Positions 44,572 through 56,650 are shown, counted from the first letter of the stretch. The stretch: 64,000 bases of DNA from Octopus bimaculoides (GCF_001194135.2 NC_069007.1:20868827-20932826); one strand, 5' to 3'. Program-made: numbers and translations. Notes: generated by a model not told the origin, from the letters alone.

Positions 44572-46053
44572 TCATGCAGTGTGCATTGTTGCATGTTTCT
44601 TTAAGCTATCACTTCTGGTAAACGATTTCCCACATATTTCACAAGGATGCGGTCTTTCTCCGGTATGTGTTCTTCTGTGAACTATTAGATTTGAATTATA
44701 AGAAAAAGATTTACCACATATTTCACAACACAGTTTTTCTCCAGTGTGGATTTTTTTGTGTTGTGACAAGACATTATTATTGGAGAAAGATTTGCCGCAG
44801 ATGTTACATTTAAAGGATTTCCCTCCAGTATGTGTCCTTCTGTGAGCAGAAAGATAAGATTTATGAAAGAAACTTTTCCCACATATTTCACAGTAACAAG
44901 TTTTCTCTCCACTGTGTATTCTCTTATGGACAGAAAGATTGAAATTATTAGAGAAATATTTGTTACATATTTCACAATGACTGAGTTTTTCTCCAGTGTG
45001 TGTTCTTCTGTGTCTTTTTAAAGAATTATTCAAACTAAAAGACATTCCGCATATCTCACAGACAAATGGTTTTTCTCCAGTGTGTGTTGTTTTGTGTCTT
45101 TTTAAAGAATAATTCAAGCTAAACGACTTCCCACAAATCACGCAGAGAAAAGCTTTTTCTCCGGTGTGTGTTCTTTTGTGTCCAACAAGATTGGCATTGT
45201 TAGAGAAAGATTTGCCACAAATTTCACAACAATATGGTCTTTCCCCAGTATGGGTCCTGTTGTGTATTTTTAATTTACTACTACACATAAATGCTTTCCC
45301 ACATATTTCACAGTGGAAGGGTATTTGTCCAGTATGGGCCCTGTCATGTAGTTTTAACTTACTACTAGATATAAATGCTTTTCCACATATTCTACAGTGA
45401 TACGGTTTCTCTCCTGTATGAGTCCTGTTGTGCTCTTTTAAGTGACAACTAGTTACAAATGCTTTTCCACATATTTCACAGTGATAAGGTTTTTCTCCAG
45501 TATGGATCCTTTTATGTGTTTTTAACTGAATATTAGACACAAATGATTTTCCACAAACTTCACAGCAGAAGGGTTTTTCTCCAGTATGAATCCTGTTGTG
45601 TATTTTCAAATTTGTTCTCGACACAAAAGTATTTCTGCATATTTCACAGTGATAGAGTTTTTTCCCAGCGTGTGTTTTTATGTGTTGTGTTAAATTACTT
45701 TTAGAGCCAAATGCTTTTCCACATATTTCACAGGGATAAGGTTTTTCTCCCGTATGAGTTCTGTTATGTATTTTTAATTGACTACTACACACAAACGACT
45801 TGCCGCATATTTCACACTGATATGGTTTTTTCCTATTGTGCATTTCTTTGTGTTCGAAGATTTCCTGTTCTAAAGAGAAAAGTTTCCCACAAACATCACA
45901 TTTATGTTTCGTAATATTTACCTGGAACAATCGTTTAGTAAATGTTTCCCCATGTAGAGATTTCTCATATTTCTCCGTGTCCCTAACTGTATTTGTATTG
46001 TTAAAAACAGTTGTGTTAGACGTATTGAAGTCCTTAACGTCCTCCATGTTCAT
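44572..46053 (-). CDS. C2H2 zinc-finger protein G13, divergent family A (16 fingers)
   Basis: 493-aa ORF (MN)MEDVKDFNTSNTTVFN; the MEDV ATG is at 46047. Confidence 0.93.
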   Translation of the reverse strand: MNMEDVKDFNTSNTTVFNNTNTVRDTEKYEKSLHGETFTKRLFQVNITKHKCDVCGKLFSLEQEIFEHKEMHNRKKPYQCEICGKSFVCSSQLKIHNRTHTGEKPYPCEICGKAFGSKSNLTQHIKTHAGKKLYHCEICRNTFVSRTNLKIHNRIHTGEKPFCCEVCGKSFVSNIQLKTHKRIHTGEKPYHCEICGKAFVTSCHLKEHNRTHTGEKPYHCRICGKAFISSSKLKLHDRAHTGQIPFHCEICGKAFMCSSKLKIHNRTHTGERPYCCEICGKSFSNNANLVGHKRTHTGEKAFLCVICGKSFSLNYSLKRHKTTHTGEKPFVCEICGMSFSLNNSLKRHRRTHTGEKLSHCEICNKYFSNNFNLSVHKRIHSGEKTCYCEICGKSFFHKSYLSAHRRTHTGGKSFKCNICGKSFSNNNVLSQHKKIHTGEKLCCEICGKSFSYNSNLIVHRRTHTGERPHPCEICGKSFTRSDSLKKHATMHTA

Positions 46054-46969
46054 TCACGAATTCTTCGAAGCTGGAGTACGTCTGTGAGTTAATTACGGTT
46101 TAGCTTTTTGTCACTAATATCAAGAAGGTCTGTTTAATTGCGTGGAACTACAACGATCGTTCCATGTATACATATTACTTAGCAGCAGAAAAACTGTTGC
46201 CGACTGGGTCCCTATATCCATGTAGAGGCAATCAATTTCTATTTACGTATTGTCAAAGTACTCGATACAAATAAGCGTGTGTGTATATATGTGGATCTAG
46301 ATATTAACCTATGTGTGTGTGTGCTGCTGAATGTAGTTTAGCAATGCGAAATGGCACAAGACAACGATAGATGGATAGTTAACTCTACAACGGATTCTTT
46401 GTTTCTTAAGAACCACAGAAAACGATTTAACTCTCGGACAAACAGGCTCGTAGGTTCAATACCTTCTTTAACTCTGTGTGTTAATTAGTGAGAGAGATCC
46501 TATTAAATTGTGACAGTTGTTTACGCTGGTGAGTAGAAGAAAAGTCCACAGTTTGTGATGTGTTTTGCCAATCCAAATAATTTGTGTTTTCGCTTTGAAA
46601 TCCAAACGAAAAGTGTGTCAGCAAAAGTTGAATGATTTGTTGGTCGTTAAAAGTTATTTACTGTCTTCTTCCTGTAAATTAGGGAACAATTAACGATGTT
46701 ATTTTTGTGATGAAATGAAATATCAATCATGAAGGTAATGGAAATCACCGATCCAGGAACACGCGGAGGTTCTCTTACCTTAGCCACAATTATTAACGTT
46801 TACTTTAACTTGAGATAATTACTACAGAAAACATTAATAAAATTGCTCCCCTTGTTTCAATGACATCGGTGACATACGTAAAAAATCCTGTATGTAATTT
46901 GATTTATACAGACATACGTACTACATACATATAATCAAGCAATATATTCCTGGTAATGTCATATAATCA

Positions 46970-47160
46970 GGAGGCGCAATAGCCCAGTGGTTAGGGCAGC
47001 AGACTCGCGGTTTCGATTCCCAGACCGGGCGTTGTGAGTGTTTATTGAGCGAAAACACCTAAAGCTCCACGAGGCTCCGGCAGGGGATGGTGGCGAACCC
47101 TGCTGTACTCTTTCACTACAACTTTCTCTCACTCTTTCTTCCTGTTTCTGTATTTCAAAC
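46970..47160 (+). mobile_element. Family-3 SINE (5' half), abutting the transposase remnant
   Basis: GGAGGCGCAATAGCCCAGTGG...CTTCCTGTTTCTG. Confidence 0.85.
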
Positions 47161-47162
47161 AT

Positions 47163-47790
47163 GAATTGCTTGATGAATCCGAGTTTGATGTGCAAAGGGT
47201 GGAAAATGATCTTATTTCACTCAACTAAAGGTTCTTCCAATATATTGGCAGTTCTACATGGAGCCATATTTGCTCAAAGCAGCCAGTCTGTCTTAACATA
47301 GTGATTTACTCGGTCTCTACTGTCTCACATGCAAGAAAATGCATGCGTATTTAGTATAACCAGATCGCTGTCCCATGAAAAAATTCACCATCCTTAAGTC
47401 AACGCAGAAGATCCATTTATGATCATGATACAATATCTTCTCTAAAACCAACTTAATTTCTTCATATTTTCCCTTCAGAGGTGTTGAGTGGCCGAGTGGA
47501 ACAGAGCCATACATATTTCCATTGTACAACAATATATATTTTAAATTACGCTTAGAGTTGTCTATGAAAAGACGCCATTCCTTTGGTTTGTATTCCTCAA
47601 TGCCAGGTTTATTAAGAAGCCCACTGACATCTCTGCAGTAAACCAGCTCTTCCTCTTTTGTGAAGAAAGAAAGGAACTCTTCATGCCAACTCCAATAGCA
47701 GGCTATATGGACACCATTCTCTGGAAGATTATTTTCTTTCAGTCGGGAAGCCAACAGTTCTGCAGAGTTTGACAGAAGTACTCACCAAGA
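47163..47790 (-). mobile_element. Decayed DNA transposase, Chapaev3-like (CMC)
   Basis: AELLASRLKENNL, WRLFIDNSKRNLKYILLYNGN, WIFCVDLRMVNFFMGQRSGYTKYAC, DSRDRVNHY and PLHIKLGFIKQF in order, across stops and frameshifts. The family name is from recall, not a search. Confidence 0.62.
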
Positions 47791-49220
47791 GGAATGGAGA
47801 GGCAAAGCTCCACCTGCGGGTGCTAGTTCAGGCACAACCTTATGCAATTCCCTTTAGACACAATAATCACCTTATGGGATATCTATTGAATGACTTAGCT
47901 CCAAGCCTGTCTTTGAAGCAATTTGATGGATTTCAATTGGTCTAAGTTGCAACAGTTTTGACCACTGCACCATGCTGGCTGTTCTAACTATAACCAGTTA
48001 CAGCCCAGTCTTCAGAAACTGGATGGTTACAATGTACGGCTGTATACATTTCATGGTCAAACTGAATGGCTACCCATCATAATTTTTTCAATTTACGGAG
48101 TCGCTCTGCCGAGGATAACACTCCTCTGTTTTTACTTTATTTTTGGCCTTGGACCTTGGCTGTGGAGGCTAGAGGTGTCCAAGAGATACGCTGCTTGACC
48201 TAGGACACAAGATAGCAGTGTGTGCATACAAGAACAATGTGGCTGTTATGGTGTTGAGACACATCAGGTACCGAAATGATCAGCACCATTCTGGGAGAAT
48301 AACAGGAATATGCATTGACTGGGAGAGGTGTTTGTGGGTCGCAACTAACACCTGGAGAGGTAGGTCAGAGTAGAAGTGAGGGTTCCTTTGTTGGATAGTA
48401 AATGTGCTTGAGGTCAGGTTCGAACAAGGTTCACAGGTGGATAAAAGCGAGGAAGAAGTTGCAATCTGAGTGGCCAGTGTCATCTAGGACTTCAACTGAG
48501 AGAGAAATGGGGAATCTGCAGTCTTAATGACCAAGTGAGGACATTTTAAACACACAAAATTTGAGAGAAAATCCTTTTACAAGAATATATTTTTGTTGAT
48601 TTAACTTTATTTAAAATTTAATTTTTCAAGTAATTGTGAATTTTATAAACATCTATTATATTTCTTTATTGACACTTCTTTAATCATAATTGTGTTTGAA
48701 AAAGAAATTAAAAAAAAAAAAAATTGTACTGCAGGCACTTTGAAATCTGGTGTTTAAAAAAGAATTGTCTTTAGAGGTTTTTGTAAATAATTATATTTTA
48801 TATTGTAGTAGATATAGCAGCGCAGACATGGATGTGTAGTTAAAAAGGAAAGTACAGCAAGATAGATTTGCCAGCAGATAGGAAACCCAGGTCAAGACCA
48901 AACAGGTGATGGTTGGATGACATCCATAGATGGAGTTGGTTATGCTTTGGAATCCAGTCAGAAAGTTTAATGATAGTTGCATTTGACAGGATCCAGTTCA
49001 GTAATGGGTAGAATAGAATGGCAGATGGATGGATCATGGCTGCATAGTTTCTCTTCTTTATATGAAAACATTTGTGTTAAGCTAAATCACAACTACAACA
49101 GAATGGAGTATCACGCATACTACACCGATGTGGTTTCTTAGCCGTATATATGTGTTTTTGTTTATTTAAGACAACTCCAAAAGAAAATGATTCACCAGAA
49201 ACATCACAGTGATATCCTTT

Positions 49221-50162
49221 CTATCCTGTGTGAATGCATTTGTGCCTAGATAAGCCTCCTGCCTGAGAGAAAAATTTACCACAGATATCACAGTGATATG
49301 GTTTCTCTCCTGTGTGAGTACGTTTATGTCTAGTTAAGTCACTACTTCTAGCAACTGATTTACCACAGATATCACAGTGATATGGTTTGTCTCCAGTATG
49401 AATGCGTTTGTGTCTAGTCAAATCACTACACCCAGCAAACAATTTACCACAAATATCACAATGATATGGTTTCTCTCCTGTATGAATGCGTCTGTGTCTT
49501 ACTAAAAAATCAATTTGAGAGAATGTTCTACCACAAATATCACAGTGATACGGTTTGTCTCCAGTATGAGTGCGATTGTGTCGTGTTAAAGCACCACTTT
49601 CAGAGAATGATTTACCACAGATATCACAGTGATATGGTTTTTCTCCTGTATGAATGCGTTTGTGTCTTGTCAAGAAATCACTTTGAGAGAATGCACTACC
49701 ACAGATATCACAGTCATATGGCTTATCTCCTGTATGAGTACGGTTGTGTCTTGTTAAAGCCCCACTTTCGGAAAATAATTTACCACAGATATCACAGTGA
49801 TGAGCTCTCTCTCCTGTATGAATGCGTTTGTGGTAAGTTAAGAGACTTTTTTGAGAGAATGATTTGCCACAGATATCACAGTGATACGGTTTCTCTCCTG
49901 TATGAATGAGTTTGTGAGAAGTTAAGTTATGATTTACAGAGAATGATTTTCCGCAGATGTCACACTGATATGGTTTTTCTCCTGTGTGAGTACGTTTGTG
50001 TTTAGTCAAGTTACTACCCCCAGCAAACGACTTACCACAGATATTACAGTGAAATGGTTTCTCTCCAGTATGAATGAGTATGTGAGTTTTCAGATTAGAT
50101 TTTTGAGAGAACGACTTGTGACAGATATCACAGTCATATGAATTTTCTGTTCCTTTCAGCAT
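49221..50162 (-). CDS. C2H2 zinc-finger protein G14, family B (11 fingers)
   Basis: 313-aa [17 protein letters not shown]; contains a duplicated finger pair ESGAL-QSDFL / ESGAL-QIDFL. Confidence 0.92.
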   Translation of the reverse strand: MLKGTENSYDCDICHKSFSQKSNLKTHILIHTGEKPFHCNICGKSFAGGSNLTKHKRTHTGEKPYQCDICGKSFSVNHNLTSHKLIHTGEKPYHCDICGKSFSQKSLLTYHKRIHTGERAHHCDICGKLFSESGALTRHNRTHTGDKPYDCDICGSAFSQSDFLTRHKRIHTGEKPYHCDICGKSFSESGALTRHNRTHTGDKPYHCDICGRTFSQIDFLVRHRRIHTGEKPYHCDICGKLFAGCSDLTRHKRIHTGDKPYHCDICGKSVARSSDLTRHKRTHTGEKPYHCDICGKFFSQAGGLSRHKCIHTG

Positions 50163-52163
50163 TCTTCAAGATAAATATATAAATTTTTTTCAATTTCTCA
50201 GAAAACTACTCTTACTCTATCACATGGATATTACGGGTGTTTTTCCTTCTTTATTTTAAAATTTTTTAATCACAATGAATATGTCTCAGCTAGAATTTCT
50301 TCAAATGAGATCTTCATAGCTATATAACAACGCTGTGTACTCCTATATAAATTTGTCCAAGCTTATTTAAAATACAGAATCATCTGCTACATATTCCAGA
50401 CAGTGAAGCTGAGAAATTTCTCAAGTAATTCCTGTTCAGAAGAAATATTTCACATTAATTCTTTGCAGATTTATGTAAATGGGATTTTCATCTGTTTTGT
50501 ACAATATCTTCCTTTAACCTTGAATTGATGACGGTGATAATGATGTATTAGAAGTTCTTCTGGCAATGTCATCCGATGTTCTGAAATGAAGAAACAGAAT
50601 AAGGTATAGAGAATACTTAAAAAGATGTGATTCAACATTGGAAATTTTACTTTAATTTCTATATTGGCAAACTGTAAATAAGAAACCAAGTTTTCTATGT
50701 TAGTGGAATCTTTGGAAGATAGATTCAAAAGAAGGCCTAAGTGGTGACGGCTAACCAGAAGATGCAGTATAGAGAAGTTACATAAGATAGTATTGATTGG
50801 TGATACATGGTACTACCAACCACAGTTTAACATGCATCAAAATGAGGGTAATTATAGAAACTGGTATATATATATATATACATATCAGTGGTGACTGTTG
50901 TTTGCTGCTTGCAACAGCTACTGTTGGCATGCCAACTCGCGTGCGTTCTCTCAATCTCTTTCGCGTCCTTTCCCACTTCCCTAACACAACATTTTTTACG
51001 GAGACTGCCGAATTGATGTAAATAAAGAGATGACAGAAAAAAGGATTAGTATCGAAAGATCGCCATTTTTTTTAACCGAAAATATTTCTCTCACGTGTTT
51101 TAAGTCCGGACTGGGGTGGTGAGAGTGACAAAAAAAAAAATCATAAATTTTCAAAATCTTTTTTCTTTTTTCCATGAAAAGATGCTTTCCATCATTCCGA
51201 AGACTGTGTTAAAAAAAAAAATTGGAAAAAATCGCCGTCAAAACGGAGAGATTCCAACTTATATGGACCGTCTAAACCAAAACTCCCCCACCCCACCCCC
51301 TTCCAAAAAATTTTGCCTACAAATTTCTTTGTCGTCGTATTCTGCACCATTTGAAAGGTATTTGTATAAAATTTCGTTAAAGAATACCCATTTTCAGCAA
51401 AGTTGAGTGTGGAGAATGTCGGGTCTTGTGAATATTCCGAAACTCCTCTCAACTCATCGGAAACATCTTTACATACTCTCTATCTACAGGATCGAAGCGG
51501 TTATTTGTTGCAAAAATTCGTTAAAAAGTATCCATTTCTTTTTTTCTGGAAGCAACAAAGTCGGGTCGGGTCGGGGCTGGGCTGGGGTGTACACCTACCT
51601 CATTACGTAGTAATATCGTTCTGACATTAAACGAAGATATCTCTCATAATGGTACCTCACTTTTTTTTATCAGTTTCTCTCCAAAACATCCACAAAAATA
51701 CATGCGTGTCCGCACACATATTATCTAGCAATACATTACTAGTTATGGCGTACGAATATTGCGTGCATTTTTCCTCACTGATGGACAACTTACTGGAAAT
51801 ATATATTAACATGTGCATTCCCAGAACACATACACACATATTAATAATACTTACTTAGATCCCAATAAGAAAGACGTCACTGCATATTCAAGTAGTCGTT
51901 CTATGAAAGTATATAAATAATACTTAGATACCAACATAGGCACAGTGTAAAATAGGTCACAGTGTTCTCTGCGATTTAACTGTTAGTTACCAGTTACCAG
52001 TCATGAATACTCAATTGGTGCCCGTTAAATAAGAGTTACGAAGATGAGATGCTTGTGAAACTGGAGCACAAAGGGCACTGACTCTAGCGCTGTTCCGGTG
52101 TAGCGCTTTCACAATACGTTCATTCATTTTATTTCCCGTTAACTTCAGATTACGAGAAGACAG

Positions 52164-52515
52164 TGGAGGCGCAATGGCCCAGTGGTTAGGGCAGCGGACT
52201 CGCGGTCATAGGATCGCGGTTTCGATTCCCAGAGCGGGCGTTGTGAGTATTTATTGAGTGAAAACACCTAAAGCCCCGCGAGGCTCCGGCAGGGGATGGT
52301 GGCGAACTCTGCTGTACTCTTCCACCACAACTTTCTCTCACTCTTTCTTTCTGTTTCTGTTGTACCTGTAATTCAAAGGGCCAGTCTTGTCACACACACT
52401 GTGTCACGCTGAATATCTCCGAGAACTACGTTAAGGGTACACGTGTCTGTGGAGTGCTCAGCCACTTGCACGTTAATTTCACGAGCAGGCTGTTCCGTTG
52501 ATCGTAAGCGACGGA
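52164..52515 (+). mobile_element. Family-3 SINE
   Basis: Collinear with the reverse complement of 37278-37645; small 3' deletion. Confidence 0.88.
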
Positions 52516-52659
52516 TATTTCTCTGATATTCAAATGACGTTTGCTAATTTTTCACCCAATATCTCACTTATTTCTATTTGAAATGTTATTTCGATCATTC
52601 CAGCATATTTCTAAGGTTGTTCATAAAAAAATTCCAGTTAATAGAATTATGGCAGGTAA

Positions 52660-52770
52660 TGGGTTAAAGCTCCGTGGCTCAACAGCGTGACACTGGAATT
52701 GCCATGGCAACAAATGGCTTTGGCTTCCGCTCGGGAGGACAATGGACTTGTTTGATTGGCTAAAATTACG
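52660..52770. promoter_or_regulatory. Candidate bidirectional promoter between G14 and G15
   Basis: RFX X-box-like ATTGCCATGGCAAC 52698-52711, CTTCCGC, and TGATTGG (CCAAT) at ~52753; locally GC-rich. Confidence 0.45.
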
Positions 52771-53636
52771 GAGATTTAATTGCTTCTAACTTTATTATTA
52801 TCAATTTCCCGGAAAAATTAATGCAGTTGTCTTTATCAGCAAGTAAGACTACATCGAAAGTACGTTTTCTGAACATTTTCAGGCTAACATTTGACAACAT
52901 ACGAATAACTGGAAGAAATGAAAAGATCCGCTCTGAATAATAAATAATTATCTTTGAGAAGCACCATTCCATTTACAGAAGCTTCTTTTCCTGCTGCTAA
53001 GTATATTCAACCTTAACCGTTTTATTCAACTGAGCATCCAGGGAATTAAGTGCCACTATATCTCCCGGTATCTCTTCAGTAAGTCGCATATTTTATGTTC
53101 TTGATGCTTATATAAATACCGTTTCCTTGTCGATACTGGGACAGCATTCACCCTAATTACAGAAATTACTCAAAACACATCTACTCAGTCCAAAACATTT
53201 ATGTTACTCAATGAGTTCCACTTTACAATTGATATTCAGTTGGAGATCGAAATAAATATACGTGGTTGGTAATTAACTGTGTAAAATAACGTTTAAATCA
53301 CAGAGCATGTTGTGACATATTCTACACTGGGTCCTATATTAATTAATATTTAAATATTATTATATACTGTCATAGAACGACTACTTGAAAATATAATTAG
53401 ATCTGAGTAAATATTATCGGAATCGTTGACACGCCGAGCAAAGTGCTTAGCGACATTTTGTCCATCCTTACGTTCTGAGTTCAAATTCCGCCTAGATCGC
53501 CTTTCACCCTTTCGGAATCGATGAGATAAGTAACAGTCGAGCCCTGGTTGGGTCCATGAAATTGATTTGTCCCCTTCCCCAAAATTTCAGGTCATGTGCC
53601 CTTAGTAAAAATGATAATACATAAATACACGCACAT

Positions 53637-53668
<32 letters not shown>

Positions 53669-54551
53669 TCTGTTAATATATATTATCAGTTGTCCATAAG
53701 TCAGAAAAAGTATAGAATATATTACTGGATGCATGCCATAGCCGGTAAGATATTATTTGCCTTTACACACACACACACAGTTTGTGGTATATGTTTCAAT
53801 TTACGTACATCTTTTAAGTTTGATGCGTTCAGTAAGATAAAAAAAAAAGGTGGGGGGAAATGGACACTGGGAACCACTGGTAAAGACCATTCTCCGAGGT
53901 ACCCTGGGTACTGTCAGATGATGGACAGGGGGGTAAAACCCTGTAGTTATGCCAAAGTATCTTAGTTGAATTAGGCATTATGTTCCTAAACGAAACTTAG
54001 CAACCCACGAGATTCATTCTTTATTAATTGGTTCTCCTCGAATTTGTTGCTTTTCTATCGAAAACTATTTTACAAACTGACGATATTTATTTAGTGTAGC
54101 AGCTTGTTGACATCACATGCTGCTGTTTTCATTGTTAATCAAATGTCAGTCCATTTTAGAATCACATTAACATAAATTATGTTAAATTTTATTAATTTTG
54201 CATGTATTTTGAATTGCATTATAATGCTATAACACGTATTTAACTCTTTAGCATTTAAACTCGTCGTATCAGGCCAAAATATGTGACTTGTTTTATGTTC
54301 AAACTGAACGAATCCGGCCTCTTACACTTACTCCTCAATGTCATTTTAAAAACGAGTAATCATATCAGCGAAATTTGTGTGTGTGTGTGTGTGTGGAGGG
54401 GGGCTAATGTAGTTTCACACCTCTCTTTGTAAAAAGGGAGTTTTTTTAAACAATTTTTTTCGGATTCCTACGTTTTAGATGTCGGAGATTACGAATATAA
54501 AAAAAAAAAAGAAAAAAAAAATTATGGAACGACCTGATATAATATTGCAGC

Positions 54552-54950
54552 TACTCTTTTACTTGTTTCAGTCATTTGACTGCGGCCATGCTGGAGCACC
54601 GCCTTTAGTCGAGCAAATCGACCCCAGAGCTTATTCTTTGTAAGCCTAGTACTTATTCTATCTGTCTCGCTTTTGCCGAACCGCAATGTTACGGGGACGT
54701 AAACACACCAGCATCGGTTGTCAAGCGATATTGATGGGGGGGGGGACAAACACAAACACACACACACATATGTATATACATATATACGACGGGCTTCTTT
54801 CAGTTTCCATCTACCAAATCCACTCACAAGGCTTTGGTTGGCCTGAGGCTATAGTAGAAAACTCTTACCCAAGGTGCCACGCAGTGGGACTGAACCCAGA
54901 ACCATGTGGTTGGTAAGCAAACTACTTAACCACACAGCCACTCCTACGCC
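54552..54950 (-). mobile_element. Full-length SINE, family 1
   Basis: Reverse complement of the 57935-58319 element. Confidence 0.88.
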
Positions 54951-55591
54951 AGCCAAATAACATATTTAGATTTATAAAATATTAGCTTTTATTAAAACTA
55001 AAAACTTGTTATTACTTGTTACTTGTATTAAAAAAAAAAAATAACTCAAAATATTTTTTGCACTTATTTCTCTTGCCTGCATTTTGCCAGATATATATAT
55101 ATATACACTCACATATAAACCTCTCAGTCTTGAAAATAGAGGAGTACATGGGCTTAGTCAATTTCTTCAGCTAAAAGTTGTTATCTACAGTTTATCAATT
55201 TAGAAATAATGTAAACTGTTGAATCTCATTTTCTTAAGTACCCTCTGTAATCTTATACTTTCTCTCTTTTATTTCAGAACATCAGATGACATCGACAGAA
55301 GAGAATTTTTAACTTCTGATGCATCATCACTATCGTCATATTTCAGTTAAAGGAAGATACCATACAGGACAGATATAACCCTGTCTATACAAATCTATGG
55401 TGAATTACTGTAGAATATTTCTTCTAAACTGGAACTAACAGGGAAATTTCTCAGCTTCTCTGTGTGGCAATGCTTACAAGATGATTCTGTGTTCTAATTA
55501 AGCTTGGCCAAATGTACAAAGGAATTTACAGCATCTTTACATAGCAACAAAGATCTCAGTTGAAGAAAATATAGCAGAGACATATTCATTG

Positions 55592-55602
55592 TGACACACA
55601 CT

Positions 55603-55660
<58 letters not shown>
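55592..55660. repeat. (CA)n(TA)n microsatellite running into an assembly gap
   Basis: Visible directly in the sequence. Confidence 0.95.
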
Positions 55661-56050
55661 NNNNNNNNNNNNNNNNNNNNNNNNNNNNNNNNNNNNNNNN
55701 NNNNNNNNNNNNNNNNNNNNNNNNNNNNNNNNNNNNNNNNNNNNNNNNNNNNNNNNNNNNNNNNNNNNNNNNNNNNNNNNNNNNNNNNNNNNNNNNNNNN
55801 NNNNNNNNNNNNNNNNNNNNNNNNNNNNNNNNNNNNNNNNNNNNNNNNNNNNNNNNNNNNNNNNNNNNNNNNNNNNNNNNNNNNNNNNNNNNNNNNNNNN
55901 NNNNNNNNNNNNNNNNNNNNNNNNNNNNNNNNNTCGAAGAGAAGTAGAATACGTTTAATTCCCACGTTCTCTGGTGATAGAAGGGGAAAAAATTATAGAA
56001 AAATGAATTTTGTGAGTAACTGAAAGGATTGGTATATTTTTTCTTGAGAA

Positions 56051-56650
56051 ATGCCGAAAGTGACAGGAAAATCGTATGACTGTGATATATGTGAGAAGTC
56101 TTTCTCACAAAAATGTAACCTGAAAACTCACATACTCATTCATACAGGAGATAGGTCGTATCACTGTGGTGTCTGTGGTAAATCGTTCTCTAAAAGTAAT
56201 TCTTTGAGAAGACATGTTCGTATTCATACAGGAGATAAGCCGTATCACTGTGACATCTGTGGAGAATCGTTTTCTCAAAAAGGCCACTTGACTCGACACA
56301 TGTATGTTCATACCGGAGAGAAGCCATATTCTTGTGATGTGTGTGGTATATCGTTTTCTCATACAAGTAGCTTAACTAGGCACAAGTACACACATACAGG
56401 AGAAAAACCATATCACTGTGATATCTGTGGTAAATCGTTTTCAGAGGGAAGTAAGTTAACAATACATAAACGTATACATACAGGAGAGAAACCCTATCTC
56501 TGTGATATCTGTGGTAAATCATTCTCTCAAAACGATTTATCAAGACACAAACGCATTCATACAGGAGAGAAACCTCATCGCTGTGATATCTGTGGTAAAT
56601 CATTCTCTGACAGCAGTGCTTTACCAAGGCACAAACGTACTCATACCTGA
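56051..56650 (+). CDS. C2H2 zinc-finger protein G15, family B (7 fingers, truncated; possibly pseudogenising)
   Basis: 199-aa ORF; TGA sits where the linker Gly codon is expected (CAT ACC TGA GAG); broken finger sequence continues to ~56745. Confidence 0.8.
   Translation: MPKVTGKSYDCDICEKSFSQKCNLKTHILIHTGDRSYHCGVCGKSFSKSNSLRRHVRIHTGDKPYHCDICGESFSQKGHLTRHMYVHTGEKPYSCDVCGISFSHTSSLTRHKYTHTGEKPYHCDICGKSFSEGSKLTIHKRIHTGEKPYLCDICGKSFSQNDLSRHKRIHTGEKPHRCDICGKSFSDSSALPRHKRTHT

Noticed and set aside
4270-51064. Identical 16-mer GTATCGAAAGATCGCC upstream of G1 (4270-4285) and G14 (51049-51064)
   Set aside because: A single 16-nt match somewhere in 64 kb is close to chance expectation; the flanks do not align
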